From assembly GCA_022510585.1 (NCBI GenBank), contig JAFLTF010000004.1, forward strand, positions 508 through 64,507: 64,000 bases of DNA, in the 5' to 3' direction. Below, one piece after another: positions 28,920-38,208 of this stretch (position 1 is the stretch's first letter; each line of letters begins with the position of its first letter). The stretch is from Lachnospiraceae bacterium. Its GTDB lineage: Bacteria > Bacillota > Clostridia > Lachnospirales > Lachnospiraceae. The position numbers and the translations under genes were made by a program. Below the pieces are notes generated by a model that searched no databases, was not told where the DNA came from, and saw nothing but the letters and a program-made list of their open reading frames with translations.

Positions 28920-29294
28920 CTAGTTCAGGGTAGCAAGTAATGCGCCTGCCTCTACAGGGTCGCCAACAGCCACATTGATGCTTGCTACAGTACCGTCCTG
29001 CGGAGCAACTACAGGAATTTCCATCTTCATGGCTTCCAGGATCACAACAGCATCACCTTTCTTTACTGCCTGCCCTACGTTTGCTTCTAATTTAAATACT
29101 TTACCTGCTGCACCTGCTTCAATCTTAACGCTGCCCTGTGCACCGCCTGCCGGAGCTGCCGCTGCTTTCGGGGCTGCCTTGGGAGCAGCCTTCGGCGCTG
29201 CCGGAGCTGCTGCTACGGGCGCACCACTTGTTGCACCTTCTTCTACTACTACATCATATACGTTTCCATTTACGGTAATTGTATAATTTTTCAT
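28920..29294 (-). CDS. Biotin carboxyl carrier protein of the decarboxylase
   Basis: Ala/Pro linker and EAMKME biotinylation motif. Confidence 0.95.
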   Translation of the reverse strand: MKNYTITVNGNVYDVVVEEGATSGAPVAAAPAAPKAAPKAAPKAAAAPAGGAQGSVKIEAGAAGKVFKLEANVGQAVKKGDAVVILEAMKMEIPVVAPQDGTVASINVAVGDPVEAGALLATLN

Positions 29295-29306
29295 TTTCTA
29301 ATCCTC

Positions 29307-30071
29307 CTATTTTCTGTATTTTCTAATAGATCTTACAACAAAACCATCCGTAGAACCGGAACCTTCATAAGCAGCAATAGCTGCAGAGATAACGGCTACA
29401 AGCTCCAAATCATCGGAGAGTTCCTCTTTTTCAACAATCTGTGAAACTACCTTATCAACCTTCTTTTCTTCTTCAGGTTTCTTTTGAGATTTCTGAACCT
29501 TTGAAATCAGACCGAAGGCAGATATGATCAAACTGATCAGGATCAAAACAACAAATACTGTTCCCATGCCAAGCAGGGTATTGAGTGCTGCCTTCTCCAT
29601 ATTCTCAGCTAATGTATACTCCACATTCGTTGAGATAGAAACAGGGACATCGTCTTCATATACGATCTCTACTTTAGCATTATGCCTGGTCCCTTTTATT
29701 CTGACCTCAAACTTACCTTCCACCGGATAAGTCTTATTATCAATTGTTATTCCGGTCATGGAATTCTCGACAACTTCAATTATTTCTACATAATCACCCA
29801 TATCTTCGGAAGCGCTCTTATAACTGTCGAAAGCATCTTCCATCATCGCGGCAGTCCAACCGCCCTGTCCCATCATTGCAATAAAGCTTTCTTCTTGATT
29901 CTGCTCTATCACCTGATTGAAATCAGTTATCAAGGCATTGGTATAGTTGATGACGTCTTCTGTCTTCATCAGGTCCGCCGAATCCTGCCCTTGCTGACCG
30001 CATGCTGTCAGACCCGCCATACAGGTAATTATACCTAATATCAATAACCATTTTTTCATATTAAGTATCAT
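29307..30071 (-). CDS. OadG-family (gamma/delta) subunit with N-terminal lipoprotein extension
   Basis: Lipobox LTAC; C-terminal TLLGMGTVFVVLILIS TM and ELVAVISAAIAAY..FVVRSIRK. Confidence 0.85.
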   Translation of the reverse strand: MILNMKKWLLILGIITCMAGLTACGQQGQDSADLMKTEDVINYTNALITDFNQVIEQNQEESFIAMMGQGGWTAAMMEDAFDSYKSASEDMGDYVEIIEVVENSMTGITIDNKTYPVEGKFEVRIKGTRHNAKVEIVYEDDVPVSISTNVEYTLAENMEKAALNTLLGMGTVFVVLILISLIISAFGLISKVQKSQKKPEEEKKVDKVVSQIVEKEELSDDLELVAVISAAIAAYEGSGSTDGFVVRSIRKYRK

Positions 30072-30076
30072 CCTTT

Positions 30077-31504
30077 CTAGACTGTACCGTGTTTTTTCTC
30101 CGGACGGCCCTCACTCTTTGTAGCCAACATTTCAAAAGCACCGATAACATATTTTCTGGTGTCTACAGGCTCTACGATCTGGTCTACATATCCTCTCTTC
30201 GCTGCGCTTGTCACATTGTTCTGCAGCTCAGCATACTCTTTGGCACAAGCATCGATTGCATCCGCGCCTTGTCCATCACAAATGATCTTCGCTGCGAGTG
30301 CTGCATCCATTGTACCAATCTCAGCATCCGGCCATGCCATTGTAATATCAGCACCTACTGCCTTAGAATTCATTGCAACATAAGCGCTGCCATATGCCTT
30401 ACCAATGACCACGTTCACTTTCGGAACGGTTGCATTTGCAAAAGCATATGTAAGCTTTGCAACAGCTTTAGCCATTCCCTTCTCGGAACATTTGGTGGCG
30501 TCAAAGCCTTTTACATTGGTCAAAGACAAAACCGGAATTTCAAAAGCATCACAGAAATTGATGAAGTTGGCAGCCTTCTCTGCACCTCTTACGGATAATG
30601 CCGCGTCAAACTTCTCTGACACTTCTCCCTTTTCATCATATACTTCGGTACGGTTCGCAACCGCTCCGATTGTCGCTCCGTTTAATTTGATAAAGCCTGC
30701 AACCATATCTTTTGCATAGTTCTGCTTTACTTCAACAAAAATATTGTCATCTGCAATCTGAGATAAGGCAATGGAAGTATCACCGACACAGTTTGCAAGA
30801 TCAGGACATCCTCTGTTCAAATCATCCGTACAGTCGGATACCGCAATTTCCGCATTGTTTGCGGGAAGCATGGATATAAGCTGTCTGATCTGTGCGAGGA
30901 TAGAAGCTTCATCGGCAACAACATCAACAATACCTGTTTCTTCGCTCTGGAACGCTGCAGAACTGGTATCACATTTTGTGATCACATTACCTTCCAATGC
31001 ATTCGGAGAATTTACAAACAGTTTTGCTTTATCTGCCTCCATAAAAGTAAAATCCGTCAGACCCGGAATCACAGCAAGTCCACCGCCGCAGTTCCCAAAA
31101 ACAGCCGTAATCTGGGGAATCACACCGGAAGCCATCGTTTGTTTCAAATATACTTCACCAAAACCATTCAATGCATCCGTTGCTTCCTGTAATCTAAGTC
31201 CTGCTGAATCGAGCAGTCCAATCACAGGCGCGCCTGTCTTCATTGCCAGATCATAGAGATTAGCAATTTTCTTTGCATGCATTTCGCCAACTGTTCCGTT
31301 TAATACAGAAGCATCCTGACTATATACATACACAAGATTGCCGTCAATCACTCCATAGCCGGTAATTACACCATCTGAAGGAGTTTCTGTCTGTTTCAGA
31401 TTGAAATCCGTTGCCCTTGCCGTAACAAGCGCACCGATCTCAACGAAACTGTTTTCATCGAGTAAAGCGTTAATTCTTTGACCCGCTTGAGAAATAGTAC
31501 TCAT
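30077..31504 (-). CDS. Acyl-CoA carboxyltransferase (methylmalonyl-CoA decarboxylase alpha-like)
   Basis: RINALLDENSFVEIG, DGVITGYG, SQDASVLNGTVGEMHAKKI, GVIPQITAV, ATVPKV, AAKRGYVD; start at MSTISQ behind GGAGG. Confidence 0.88.
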   Translation of the reverse strand: MSTISQAGQRINALLDENSFVEIGALVTARATDFNLKQTETPSDGVITGYGVIDGNLVYVYSQDASVLNGTVGEMHAKKIANLYDLAMKTGAPVIGLLDSAGLRLQEATDALNGFGEVYLKQTMASGVIPQITAVFGNCGGGLAVIPGLTDFTFMEADKAKLFVNSPNALEGNVITKCDTSSAAFQSEETGIVDVVADEASILAQIRQLISMLPANNAEIAVSDCTDDLNRGCPDLANCVGDTSIALSQIADDNIFVEVKQNYAKDMVAGFIKLNGATIGAVANRTEVYDEKGEVSEKFDAALSVRGAEKAANFINFCDAFEIPVLSLTNVKGFDATKCSEKGMAKAVAKLTYAFANATVPKVNVVIGKAYGSAYVAMNSKAVGADITMAWPDAEIGTMDAALAAKIICDGQGADAIDACAKEYAELQNNVTSAAKRGYVDQIVEPVDTRKYVIGAFEMLATKSEGRPEKKHGTV

Positions 31505-31647
31505 TTTTTGCCCTCCATTTATCTTTATCTTACTTATAAATAATAAAAACAATTTATTTCGTGATCTGCCTAATGGCATAGCACATATTTTAGTGTAACA
31601 TAGATTCCCAAAATCTACTAGATAAAATTTAAAAATTATACAGAAAA

Positions 31648-32904
31648 TTAACCGGGTAGATAAAGTTTAAAAATATATTGCAAAATCCACGGGTAGTTAG
31701 TCTTGGCTACCTCCCCGGTTGTCACAACACGATATTCTTTTATCAGCTCGCCATTCAGATAATAGGAGACCTCTCCCGCCTTCTCTCCCACGGCCACCGG
31801 CGCTTCCATCTGTTTCACAAGATTTTCCCTGACTTCTATCACATCATCCTCGCAAAGGAGATAAGGCAGGCTTTTTTCCCCGATCTCTTCTAAAGAAATG
31901 GTAACGAAAGCCTTTTCATAGGGTGTAGCATCTTCATGGGCTATTCCGCCTGTGACCGGAAGCGCGGAAAATTGTTTATCTACATAAATATCCTGATATT
32001 GATAACGCTCCATACCGTATCGGGCAAGCGTTTTCATATCACTCCATTTATAAGTCTTATGATTAGGCCAGCCACAGGCAAGCAATGCTACCGTAAAAGT
32101 CCGTCCTTCGCTTTCTATCGCTCCGACATAACAATAACCTGCTTTGTTTGTAAAACCTGTTTTCCCGGAAACTGCCTCTTCCATCATATTTAAGAAGCTG
32201 TTATGATTACTGCAGTGAAAACTTCTCTGCCCGCTTTCGTCGCAAAAACTGTATTCCATGGTCCGCGTAATGGTTAAAAATTGTTCCTTTTTCGTAGAAT
32301 CCATAATGCAATACGCCATGATCTTTGCCAGATCGGCAGCCGTTGTTGAATGAGTCTGACCGGTGTCATTCACTACCGCATCCAATCCGTTTGGAGTAAT
32401 AAAATAGGTATCATAACATCCGATATCTCTTGCCTTTTGATTCATCATGACTGCAAACTGCTCCACACTCCCCCCGATCGCCTCCGCAATCGCCACCGCA
32501 GAATCATTGTGGGATTCCAACATCATGGAATAGAGTAGATCCTCAAGCCGGAATTTTTCTCCCTGTTTCATATATAATTTCACTTTTGGCATGCTTGCCG
32601 CATAGGCAGACACCTCTACAACATCATCCGGATCCCCATATTCCAACGCTAAGATACAGGTCATGATCTTCGTTGTACTTGCCATTGGCATCACTTCTTT
32701 TTCATTTTTCCCATATAATACACGCCCGGAATCGGCATCCATCAAAACAGCTGCCTGTGCATAAAGCTGCAATGACGTATCGTTTTCTTTGGCATTTACC
32801 TGTAGGATTCCCGATATCAGAAAAAACATGATGTATAAAATTGCGAATAAAGACAGATACCTCTTTCTATTGTTTATGTTTTTGGCAAAGGAAAAAACGC
32901 ACAT
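31648..32904 (-). CDS. D-alanyl-D-alanine carboxypeptidase (DacB-like, S11)
   Basis: ASTTKIMT (SxxK), SHN, KTG motifs; signal peptide; next to scpB. Confidence 0.9.
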   Translation of the reverse strand: MCVFSFAKNINNRKRYLSLFAILYIMFFLISGILQVNAKENDTSLQLYAQAAVLMDADSGRVLYGKNEKEVMPMASTTKIMTCILALEYGDPDDVVEVSAYAASMPKVKLYMKQGEKFRLEDLLYSMMLESHNDSAVAIAEAIGGSVEQFAVMMNQKARDIGCYDTYFITPNGLDAVVNDTGQTHSTTAADLAKIMAYCIMDSTKKEQFLTITRTMEYSFCDESGQRSFHCSNHNSFLNMMEEAVSGKTGFTNKAGYCYVGAIESEGRTFTVALLACGWPNHKTYKWSDMKTLARYGMERYQYQDIYVDKQFSALPVTGGIAHEDATPYEKAFVTISLEEIGEKSLPYLLCEDDVIEVRENLVKQMEAPVAVGEKAGEVSYYLNGELIKEYRVVTTGEVAKTNYPWILQYIFKLYLPG

Positions 32905-32932
32905 AGATTAACCTGAAAAGAATTCATTGTTA

Positions 32933-32963
32933 ATGTATATGCGTTTTCATCGGGTACGATGAC
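32933..32963 (-). promoter_or_regulatory. Possible sigma-E-type sporulation promoter for the dacB-like gene
   Basis: Minus strand GTCATC-16 nt-CATATACAT, a partial match to the sigma-E consensus; dacB is sigma-E dependent in B. subtilis. Confidence 0.35.
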
Positions 32964-32971
32964 CTATCTGC

Positions 32972-33541
32972 TTAGATGTCTAACTGCATTTGAACTTCCG
33001 ATTCCGCCTGCAATTTAAATTCTTCAATCTGAACCGGATTGAGCTCCGGCAAGTCATCCAGAGACTTCACACCAAAGCTCCTGAGGAACTGTTCTGTTGT
33101 TCCAAACAAAAGCGGTCGTCCCGGTGCATCCAGTCTTCCGACTTCCGTAACAAGTTCAAACTCCAACAGACGGTTGACTGCGTGGTCACAGCTGACCCCT
33201 CTTACCTTTTCAATCTCCAATCTTGTAATCGGCTGCTTATAAGCAATAATGGATAAAGTTTCCAGCAGTGTATCCGTCAACACAAATTTTTTGGGTGTCT
33301 TGGCAATCTTAATCAGATACTCATATAACTCGCCTTTTGTACAGAGCTGTACGGAATTGTCCAGAGTGGTCAATTGAATCCCTCGTCCGTCTTCCTGATA
33401 TACCTGCGCCATTTCATCCAATATCTCTTTCGTTGTCTGTCTGTCTTCTTCTATGACTTCCGCCAGCCTGTCAATCTCTACAGATTCTCCCATAGTAAAA
33501 AGAATCGCTTCCAGTACGGCTTTTGCCTTTTGTCTTTCCAT
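32972..33541 (-). CDS. scpB: SMC-Scp complex subunit ScpB
   Basis: LEAILF, LETLSIIAYKQPITR.EIE.VRGV, GRLDAPGRPLLFGTT. Confidence 0.95.
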   Translation of the reverse strand: MERQKAKAVLEAILFTMGESVEIDRLAEVIEEDRQTTKEILDEMAQVYQEDGRGIQLTTLDNSVQLCTKGELYEYLIKIAKTPKKFVLTDTLLETLSIIAYKQPITRLEIEKVRGVSCDHAVNRLLEFELVTEVGRLDAPGRPLLFGTTEQFLRSFGVKSLDDLPELNPVQIEEFKLQAESEVQMQLDI

Positions 33542-33549
33542 TTTTACAG

Positions 33550-34296
33550 CTATGCCCCTTTCGACGTAATCATGATATCCGCAAAAATATCTTCCTGTTC
33601 AATGCCGATCCTGCCAATTTTCATTAATTCCAGTATCACCAGAAAAGTAACAATGACCTCCATTTTACTATGCTGTTTTTCCAGCAGTTTACGAAAACTG
33701 AAGGTTTTATGCGTTCGAATATAATCTTCTATGTAGACGGTTTTTAAATCCATGTCAATCTCATCTTTTTCAATCTTGCCAAAAGTACTTCTGACAGGAT
33801 CGATCTTATCTTCCTGTCTTTTGATAACGGACTTAAAGATCTCATGCAGCTTGGCAAGGGTCATATCTCCAATCAACTCTTCATAATCCACCGGTTGCCT
33901 GTAATCACTGACTTCTTTCGGAAGGGTCGGTCTCTTATACAGGTTTCTTTCCGCTGTGATCATCCTGTCTTTCAGTTCATAAGACATATATTTACACATC
34001 TTGTATTCCAGCAGTTTCTCTACCAATTCTGCTCTCGGATCCTCTTCTTCGCCCTCTTCGTTTACCTCTTTGGGCAAAAGCATTCTGCATTTAATATCAA
34101 TCAAAGTCGCAGCCATTACCAAAAACTCACTCATGATATTCATATCTTCGGTTTCCATCTGCTTGATATAGTCTAAATACTGTTCCGTAATTTCCACGAT
34201 TGGAATATCATAAATATCTACTTTATTCTTATCAATCAAATGTAATAATAAATCCAAAGGTCCTTCAAAGACCTCCAGTTTGATCGGAATTGCCAT
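33550..34296 (-). CDS. scpA: Segregation and condensation protein A
   Basis: FEGPLDLLLHLI, EFLVMAATL, EDPRAELV, VTFLVILEL. Confidence 0.95.
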   Translation of the reverse strand: MAIPIKLEVFEGPLDLLLHLIDKNKVDIYDIPIVEITEQYLDYIKQMETEDMNIMSEFLVMAATLIDIKCRMLLPKEVNEEGEEEDPRAELVEKLLEYKMCKYMSYELKDRMITAERNLYKRPTLPKEVSDYRQPVDYEELIGDMTLAKLHEIFKSVIKRQEDKIDPVRSTFGKIEKDEIDMDLKTVYIEDYIRTHKTFSFRKLLEKQHSKMEVIVTFLVILELMKIGRIGIEQEDIFADIMITSKGA

Positions 34297-34312
34297 AACC
34301 TGTCCACCTTTT

Positions 34313-35218
34313 CTACTGTTTGTCCCGCAATGTTTTCGATTTCAAATGAATCACTACCAGTTCTCCGGGATTAAATATCCTGATTGGCAGCGTATGCATT
34401 CCAAGACCTCTGCTTAAGATCATTACGGAATCCTCTTTTTTAAATTCACCCCCGTCATATTTGGGAAAAAGGGTCCAATTCGGAGATATGACACCGCCCA
34501 GAATGGGCAGTCTCATCAGCCCGCCGTGAACATGACCGGAAACAACCATGTCAGCTCCCCATCTTATATACTCTTCAAAGTATTCCGGATTGTGGGCAAT
34601 CAAAATTTGAAAAACCTCCTTCCGAGGCTTTCCTAACATATCTGAAAGATAGGATTCCCGCATCGGATATTTTCGAAATTTTCGGAAATACCGTTCGTCC
34701 ATCAACAAACCACTGATCGTAATATTCGCAGATGGCATATCAAGGCTTTCATTGATTAACGGTTCTATCCCAGACCGATGCAGGCTTTCCATATAAGTCT
34801 CGTATAAATTTCCGAATTTCTCCGGACACTTTTTAATACGGTGTTCATGATTCCCCATACCGTAATAAACAGGGTACATCTTCGCCAGTTGTTCCATGAA
34901 TTCAACTGTTACGCGATGTTTGTTTCCCCTTTGTGCAGTCAGCATATCGCCGGCTACCAGAACTGCATCCGGATTTAGTTCCTGGATTTTTTGGAGCAGT
35001 TTCTCATTTTGTCTCCCATAAGATTTATTGTGTAAATCCGATAAAAGTACAAAAGTACACTCTCTGGTTATTTTCTTCGACTCCAGTTCATATGCAATCG
35101 TCACAAAGCGATTACAGTCATAGCACATGACTATGAGAAAAAAGCATACCAAAATTGCAATCAAAACCAGTATTACCGGAAGCATTTCTACTCTCCACAT
35201 TCTATTTAAACTTAACAC
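34313..35218 (-). CDS. Metallophosphoesterase (calcineurin-like), membrane anchored
   Basis: SDLH, GD, GNHE, AHNP, SGHVHGG motifs; exact start uncertain. Confidence 0.9.
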   Translation of the reverse strand: MLSLNRMWRVEMLPVILVLIAILVCFFLIVMCYDCNRFVTIAYELESKKITRECTFVLLSDLHNKSYGRQNEKLLQKIQELNPDAVLVAGDMLTAQRGNKHRVTVEFMEQLAKMYPVYYGMGNHEHRIKKCPEKFGNLYETYMESLHRSGIEPLINESLDMPSANITISGLLMDERYFRKFRKYPMRESYLSDMLGKPRKEVFQILIAHNPEYFEEYIRWGADMVVSGHVHGGLMRLPILGGVISPNWTLFPKYDGGEFKKEDSVMILSRGLGMHTLPIRIFNPGELVVIHLKSKTLRDKQ

Positions 35219-35274
35219 GCGTTATAAAGTATATCATAAATAACAGGCAAATCGCAATCCCTGTAAAAAAACTG

Positions 35275-36453
35275 TCAGGAAACCAGATATTTCATCCATA
35301 CTTTATGAAGATAATCCACATAACCTGCTTTTTCTACGGATTTGGCGGCTAATATGGACACACTGCCAATCCGGCTGCCGTTCAACTTATAAACCGCTTC
35401 TCCGATTGCATCACCTTCCGCAACAGGTGCCTCGATCACTGCCGGCAAACTGATTTCTTTCTCAATGTCATTCAAATTATTTCCGGCCGTATCCAAGTAA
35501 TGAAATTCTCCTGCATAGGTAAGATTTACCTGTTCTTCCACCCCGCCGTGTACTTTCTGGAACGGCAGCGCATCTTTATTTTCATCCGTATACATCTGGC
35601 TGACACTGTAACCATAATTTAACAGCGAAATGGCATCCGAAAATCTGGATTTGCCATCCGGGGCCGCCATAACCACCGCAATCAGTTCCATACCGTCTCT
35701 ATCAGCTGTTGCCGACAAGCAATACAGGGCTTTGGAGGTAGAACCTGTTTTCAGGCCTGTCGCCCACTCATATTGTTTTAACAGCTTATTGGTACTGGAT
35801 AAGGTAAAGATGGAAGTTCCCTGCGCTGTATGATGTTCGATGTCCTCCATCCAAATCTTCGTATATTTGAATACTTCCGGATATTTCGTAATCAACTCCC
35901 TGGACATGATTGCCACATCTTTTGCAGAAGTATAATGATCATCTGATTCCGTAAGTCCGCAGCAGTCCTCAAAGTGAGTATCTTGAAGTCCCAGGCTTTC
36001 CGCCTTCTCATTCATCAGTTTTACAAATTCTCCCTCGCTGCCCGCTATGTATTCCGCCACGGCTACACTGGCATCGTTTCCCGATGCTACGGCAATACAT
36101 TTTATCATGGTCTCCAGAGTCTGGGTTTCCCCTTCCTCCAGAAAGACCTGCGAGCCGCCCATAGATTTCGCATAGGCACTGGTAGTTACCAGATCCTCCA
36201 AATGGATTCTTCCACTTTTTAGGTGTTCAAATACGATAAGCAGCGTCATGATCTTTGTAATACTTGCCGGGCTTCTTTTCGCATTTGCATCCTGTTCACA
36301 GATAACCTGCCCGGTAGATGCCTCCATTACAATGTAGGAAGGGGCGGAAACCTCCGGCGCCGCATACACTATAATCGGCATTTGCATTCCCATAGAAACG
36401 CATAGGCAAAACATCAACAACAGGGGCAGAAGACGATTCTTTCCTTTCTTCAA
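35275..36453 (-). CDS. D-alanyl-D-alanine carboxypeptidase (DacF-like, S11)
   Basis: PASITKIMT, SMGGSQVFLE, ASGND, GLKTG; signal peptide. Confidence 0.9.
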   Translation of the reverse strand: MKKGKNRLLPLLLMFCLCVSMGMQMPIIVYAAPEVSAPSYIVMEASTGQVICEQDANAKRSPASITKIMTLLIVFEHLKSGRIHLEDLVTTSAYAKSMGGSQVFLEEGETQTLETMIKCIAVASGNDASVAVAEYIAGSEGEFVKLMNEKAESLGLQDTHFEDCCGLTESDDHYTSAKDVAIMSRELITKYPEVFKYTKIWMEDIEHHTAQGTSIFTLSSTNKLLKQYEWATGLKTGSTSKALYCLSATADRDGMELIAVVMAAPDGKSRFSDAISLLNYGYSVSQMYTDENKDALPFQKVHGGVEEQVNLTYAGEFHYLDTAGNNLNDIEKEISLPAVIEAPVAEGDAIGEAVYKLNGSRIGSVSILAAKSVEKAGYVDYLHKVWMKYLVS

Positions 36454-36539
36454 TATACATCTCTCCCGTCAGTTTCTCTATATCATAAATATTACAAAAT
36501 CAAACAGGATATGATTATCCGACGGAAAAATTTCCACAT

Positions 36540-36572
36540 AACAAAATCCCCGATATTCATCAGGGATTTGTT
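36540..36572 (-). terminator. Probable terminator downstream of rpsU
   Basis: AAATCCC..GAT-attc-ATC..GGGATTT inverted repeat just after the rpsU stop. Confidence 0.55.
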
Positions 36573-36584
36573 CTTCTTAAAGAA

Positions 36585-36761
36585 TTAATTGTATTTACGT
36601 TTTCTTGCTGCTTCAGATTTTTTCTTACGTCTTACGCTTGGCTTTTCGTAATGTTCTCTCTTACGAATCTCTTGCTGAATACCGGCTTTCGCACAGCTTC
36701 TCTTAAAACGACGTAACGCACTATCTAAAGTCTCGTTTTCTTTTACGATTACGTTCGACAT
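36585..36761 (-). CDS. rpsU: 30S ribosomal protein S21
   Basis: Missing from ORF track (58 aa). Manual translation [58 protein letters not shown]; RBS AGGGAGG. Confidence 0.97.
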   Translation of the reverse strand: MSNVIVKENETLDSALRRFKRSCAKAGIQQEIRKREHYEKPSVRRKKKSEAARKRKYN

Positions 36762-36853
36762 TCCGCACCCGACCTCCCTTCAGTCCCTAACAAGTAACTC
36801 GACTGATTGGGTTATTTATGCACAACTAAACATTGTGACTTTACACAATGACA

Positions 36854-36881
36854 ATTATACCACAATCTGGATATGAGTCAA
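36854..36881 (-). promoter_or_regulatory. Sigma-A promoter of rpsU
   Basis: Minus strand TTGACT-16 nt-TATAAT with extended -10 TG. Confidence 0.7.
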
Positions 36882-36954
36882 CTACTATTTTTTATTTGTT
36901 TTTTGTGATACACTAGAAAACAATATTTAAAAAAGCGAAAAGGAAGCCTATTTT

Positions 36955-38193
36955 ATGAGAACAGTCGGCATTATTGCGGAATACAACCCATTTCACAACG
37001 GACATGCATATCAAATTGCAAAAGCAAAAGAAATAACTGCCGCAGATTATTGCATCGTTGTCATGAGCGGAAATTTTGTTCAAAGAGGCACGCCTGCTAT
37101 AATAAATAAATATCTGCGCACACAGGCCGCCCTCGCAAACGGTGCCGATCTGGTCATAGAACTTCCCGTTCACTTTGCCTCGGGAAGCGCCGAATATTTT
37201 GCCTCGGGCGCCATTGCCATATTAGATAAGCTTGGCGTAACCGACTGTCTTTGCTTCGGCAGTGAATGCGGCGACATCCATGCCCTGACAGCAATATCCC
37301 AAGTATTTATATCGGAAAACAATGAATTTAAAAAGATCCTGAAACAACAAATGAAGGCAGGATATTCGTATCCCAAAGCACGAAATGACGCTTTGATTGC
37401 CACAGAACCGCACCTGATAAAAGATCCGGAACTTCTCAGCTCTCCAAATAACATACTTGGATTAGAATATTTAAAAGCGCTAAAAAAAAGAAACAGCAGG
37501 ATAGAATCTTACACCATATCCCGTACAGGCTCTGACTATCATGATACCGGCCTGAATGCCCCTTACAGTTCGGCGCTTGCAATCAGAGAATCTATTACAA
37601 TGAAACAGGATATAAGCCTTATCAAAGACCAGGTTCCTGCTGCTGTCTACACAGCCTTGCTGGAAAATTACGGAAAGACTTTCCCAATTCTGCCGGAAGA
37701 TATTTATGCTTTATTACAATATAAATTGTTTACGGAACAGGAAAAAGGGTTTACAAAATATTTTGATATTGACAGCGATTTTTCCGACAGATTAAAGAAT
37801 CTCTTCCCTTATTTCACGGAATACACGACTTTGTGCGAAACATTAAAATCCAAAAATACAACCTACACGAAGGTTTCACGGAATCTGCTGCATATTCTAC
37901 TAAATATTTATCAAGAGGATTTAGATATTTTCTGCTCAGAAGATTATGTATATTACGCCAGAATGCTGGGATTCAAAAAAGATGCGGGGCCTCTTTTATC
38001 AGCGATCAAATCCAATGCTTCCATACCATTACTTTCTAAATTAGCGGATGCCATAAACTGCATTTCTTCAGAGAACGGTAAAAGAATGCTGCATCAGGAT
38101 ATTGAGGCAAGCCATATTTATGACTTGCTGATCCATCAGAAATTTCACCAAAACCCGCAAAATGAATATGCAAAACCGATAGTCATTGTTTGA
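36955..38193 (+). CDS. tmcAL: tRNA(Met) cytidine acetate ligase (HIGH nucleotidyltransferase)
   Basis: GIIAEYNPFHNGH, VMSGNFVQRG.PA, GADLVIELP, FGSECG, PNNILGLEY. Confidence 0.85.
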   Translation: MRTVGIIAEYNPFHNGHAYQIAKAKEITAADYCIVVMSGNFVQRGTPAIINKYLRTQAALANGADLVIELPVHFASGSAEYFASGAIAILDKLGVTDCLCFGSECGDIHALTAISQVFISENNEFKKILKQQMKAGYSYPKARNDALIATEPHLIKDPELLSSPNNILGLEYLKALKKRNSRIESYTISRTGSDYHDTGLNAPYSSALAIRESITMKQDISLIKDQVPAAVYTALLENYGKTFPILPEDIYALLQYKLFTEQEKGFTKYFDIDSDFSDRLKNLFPYFTEYTTLCETLKSKNTTYTKVSRNLLHILLNIYQEDLDIFCSEDYVYYARMLGFKKDAGPLLSAIKSNASIPLLSKLADAINCISSENGKRMLHQDIEASHIYDLLIHQKFHQNPQNEYAKPIVIV

Positions 38194-38208
38194 CTACCGG
38201 TTTTTTTT
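38172..38208 (+). terminator. Intrinsic terminator overlapping the tmcAL stop
   Basis: ACCGATAGTCA-ttgtt-TGACTACCGGT followed by a T run. Confidence 0.65.
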
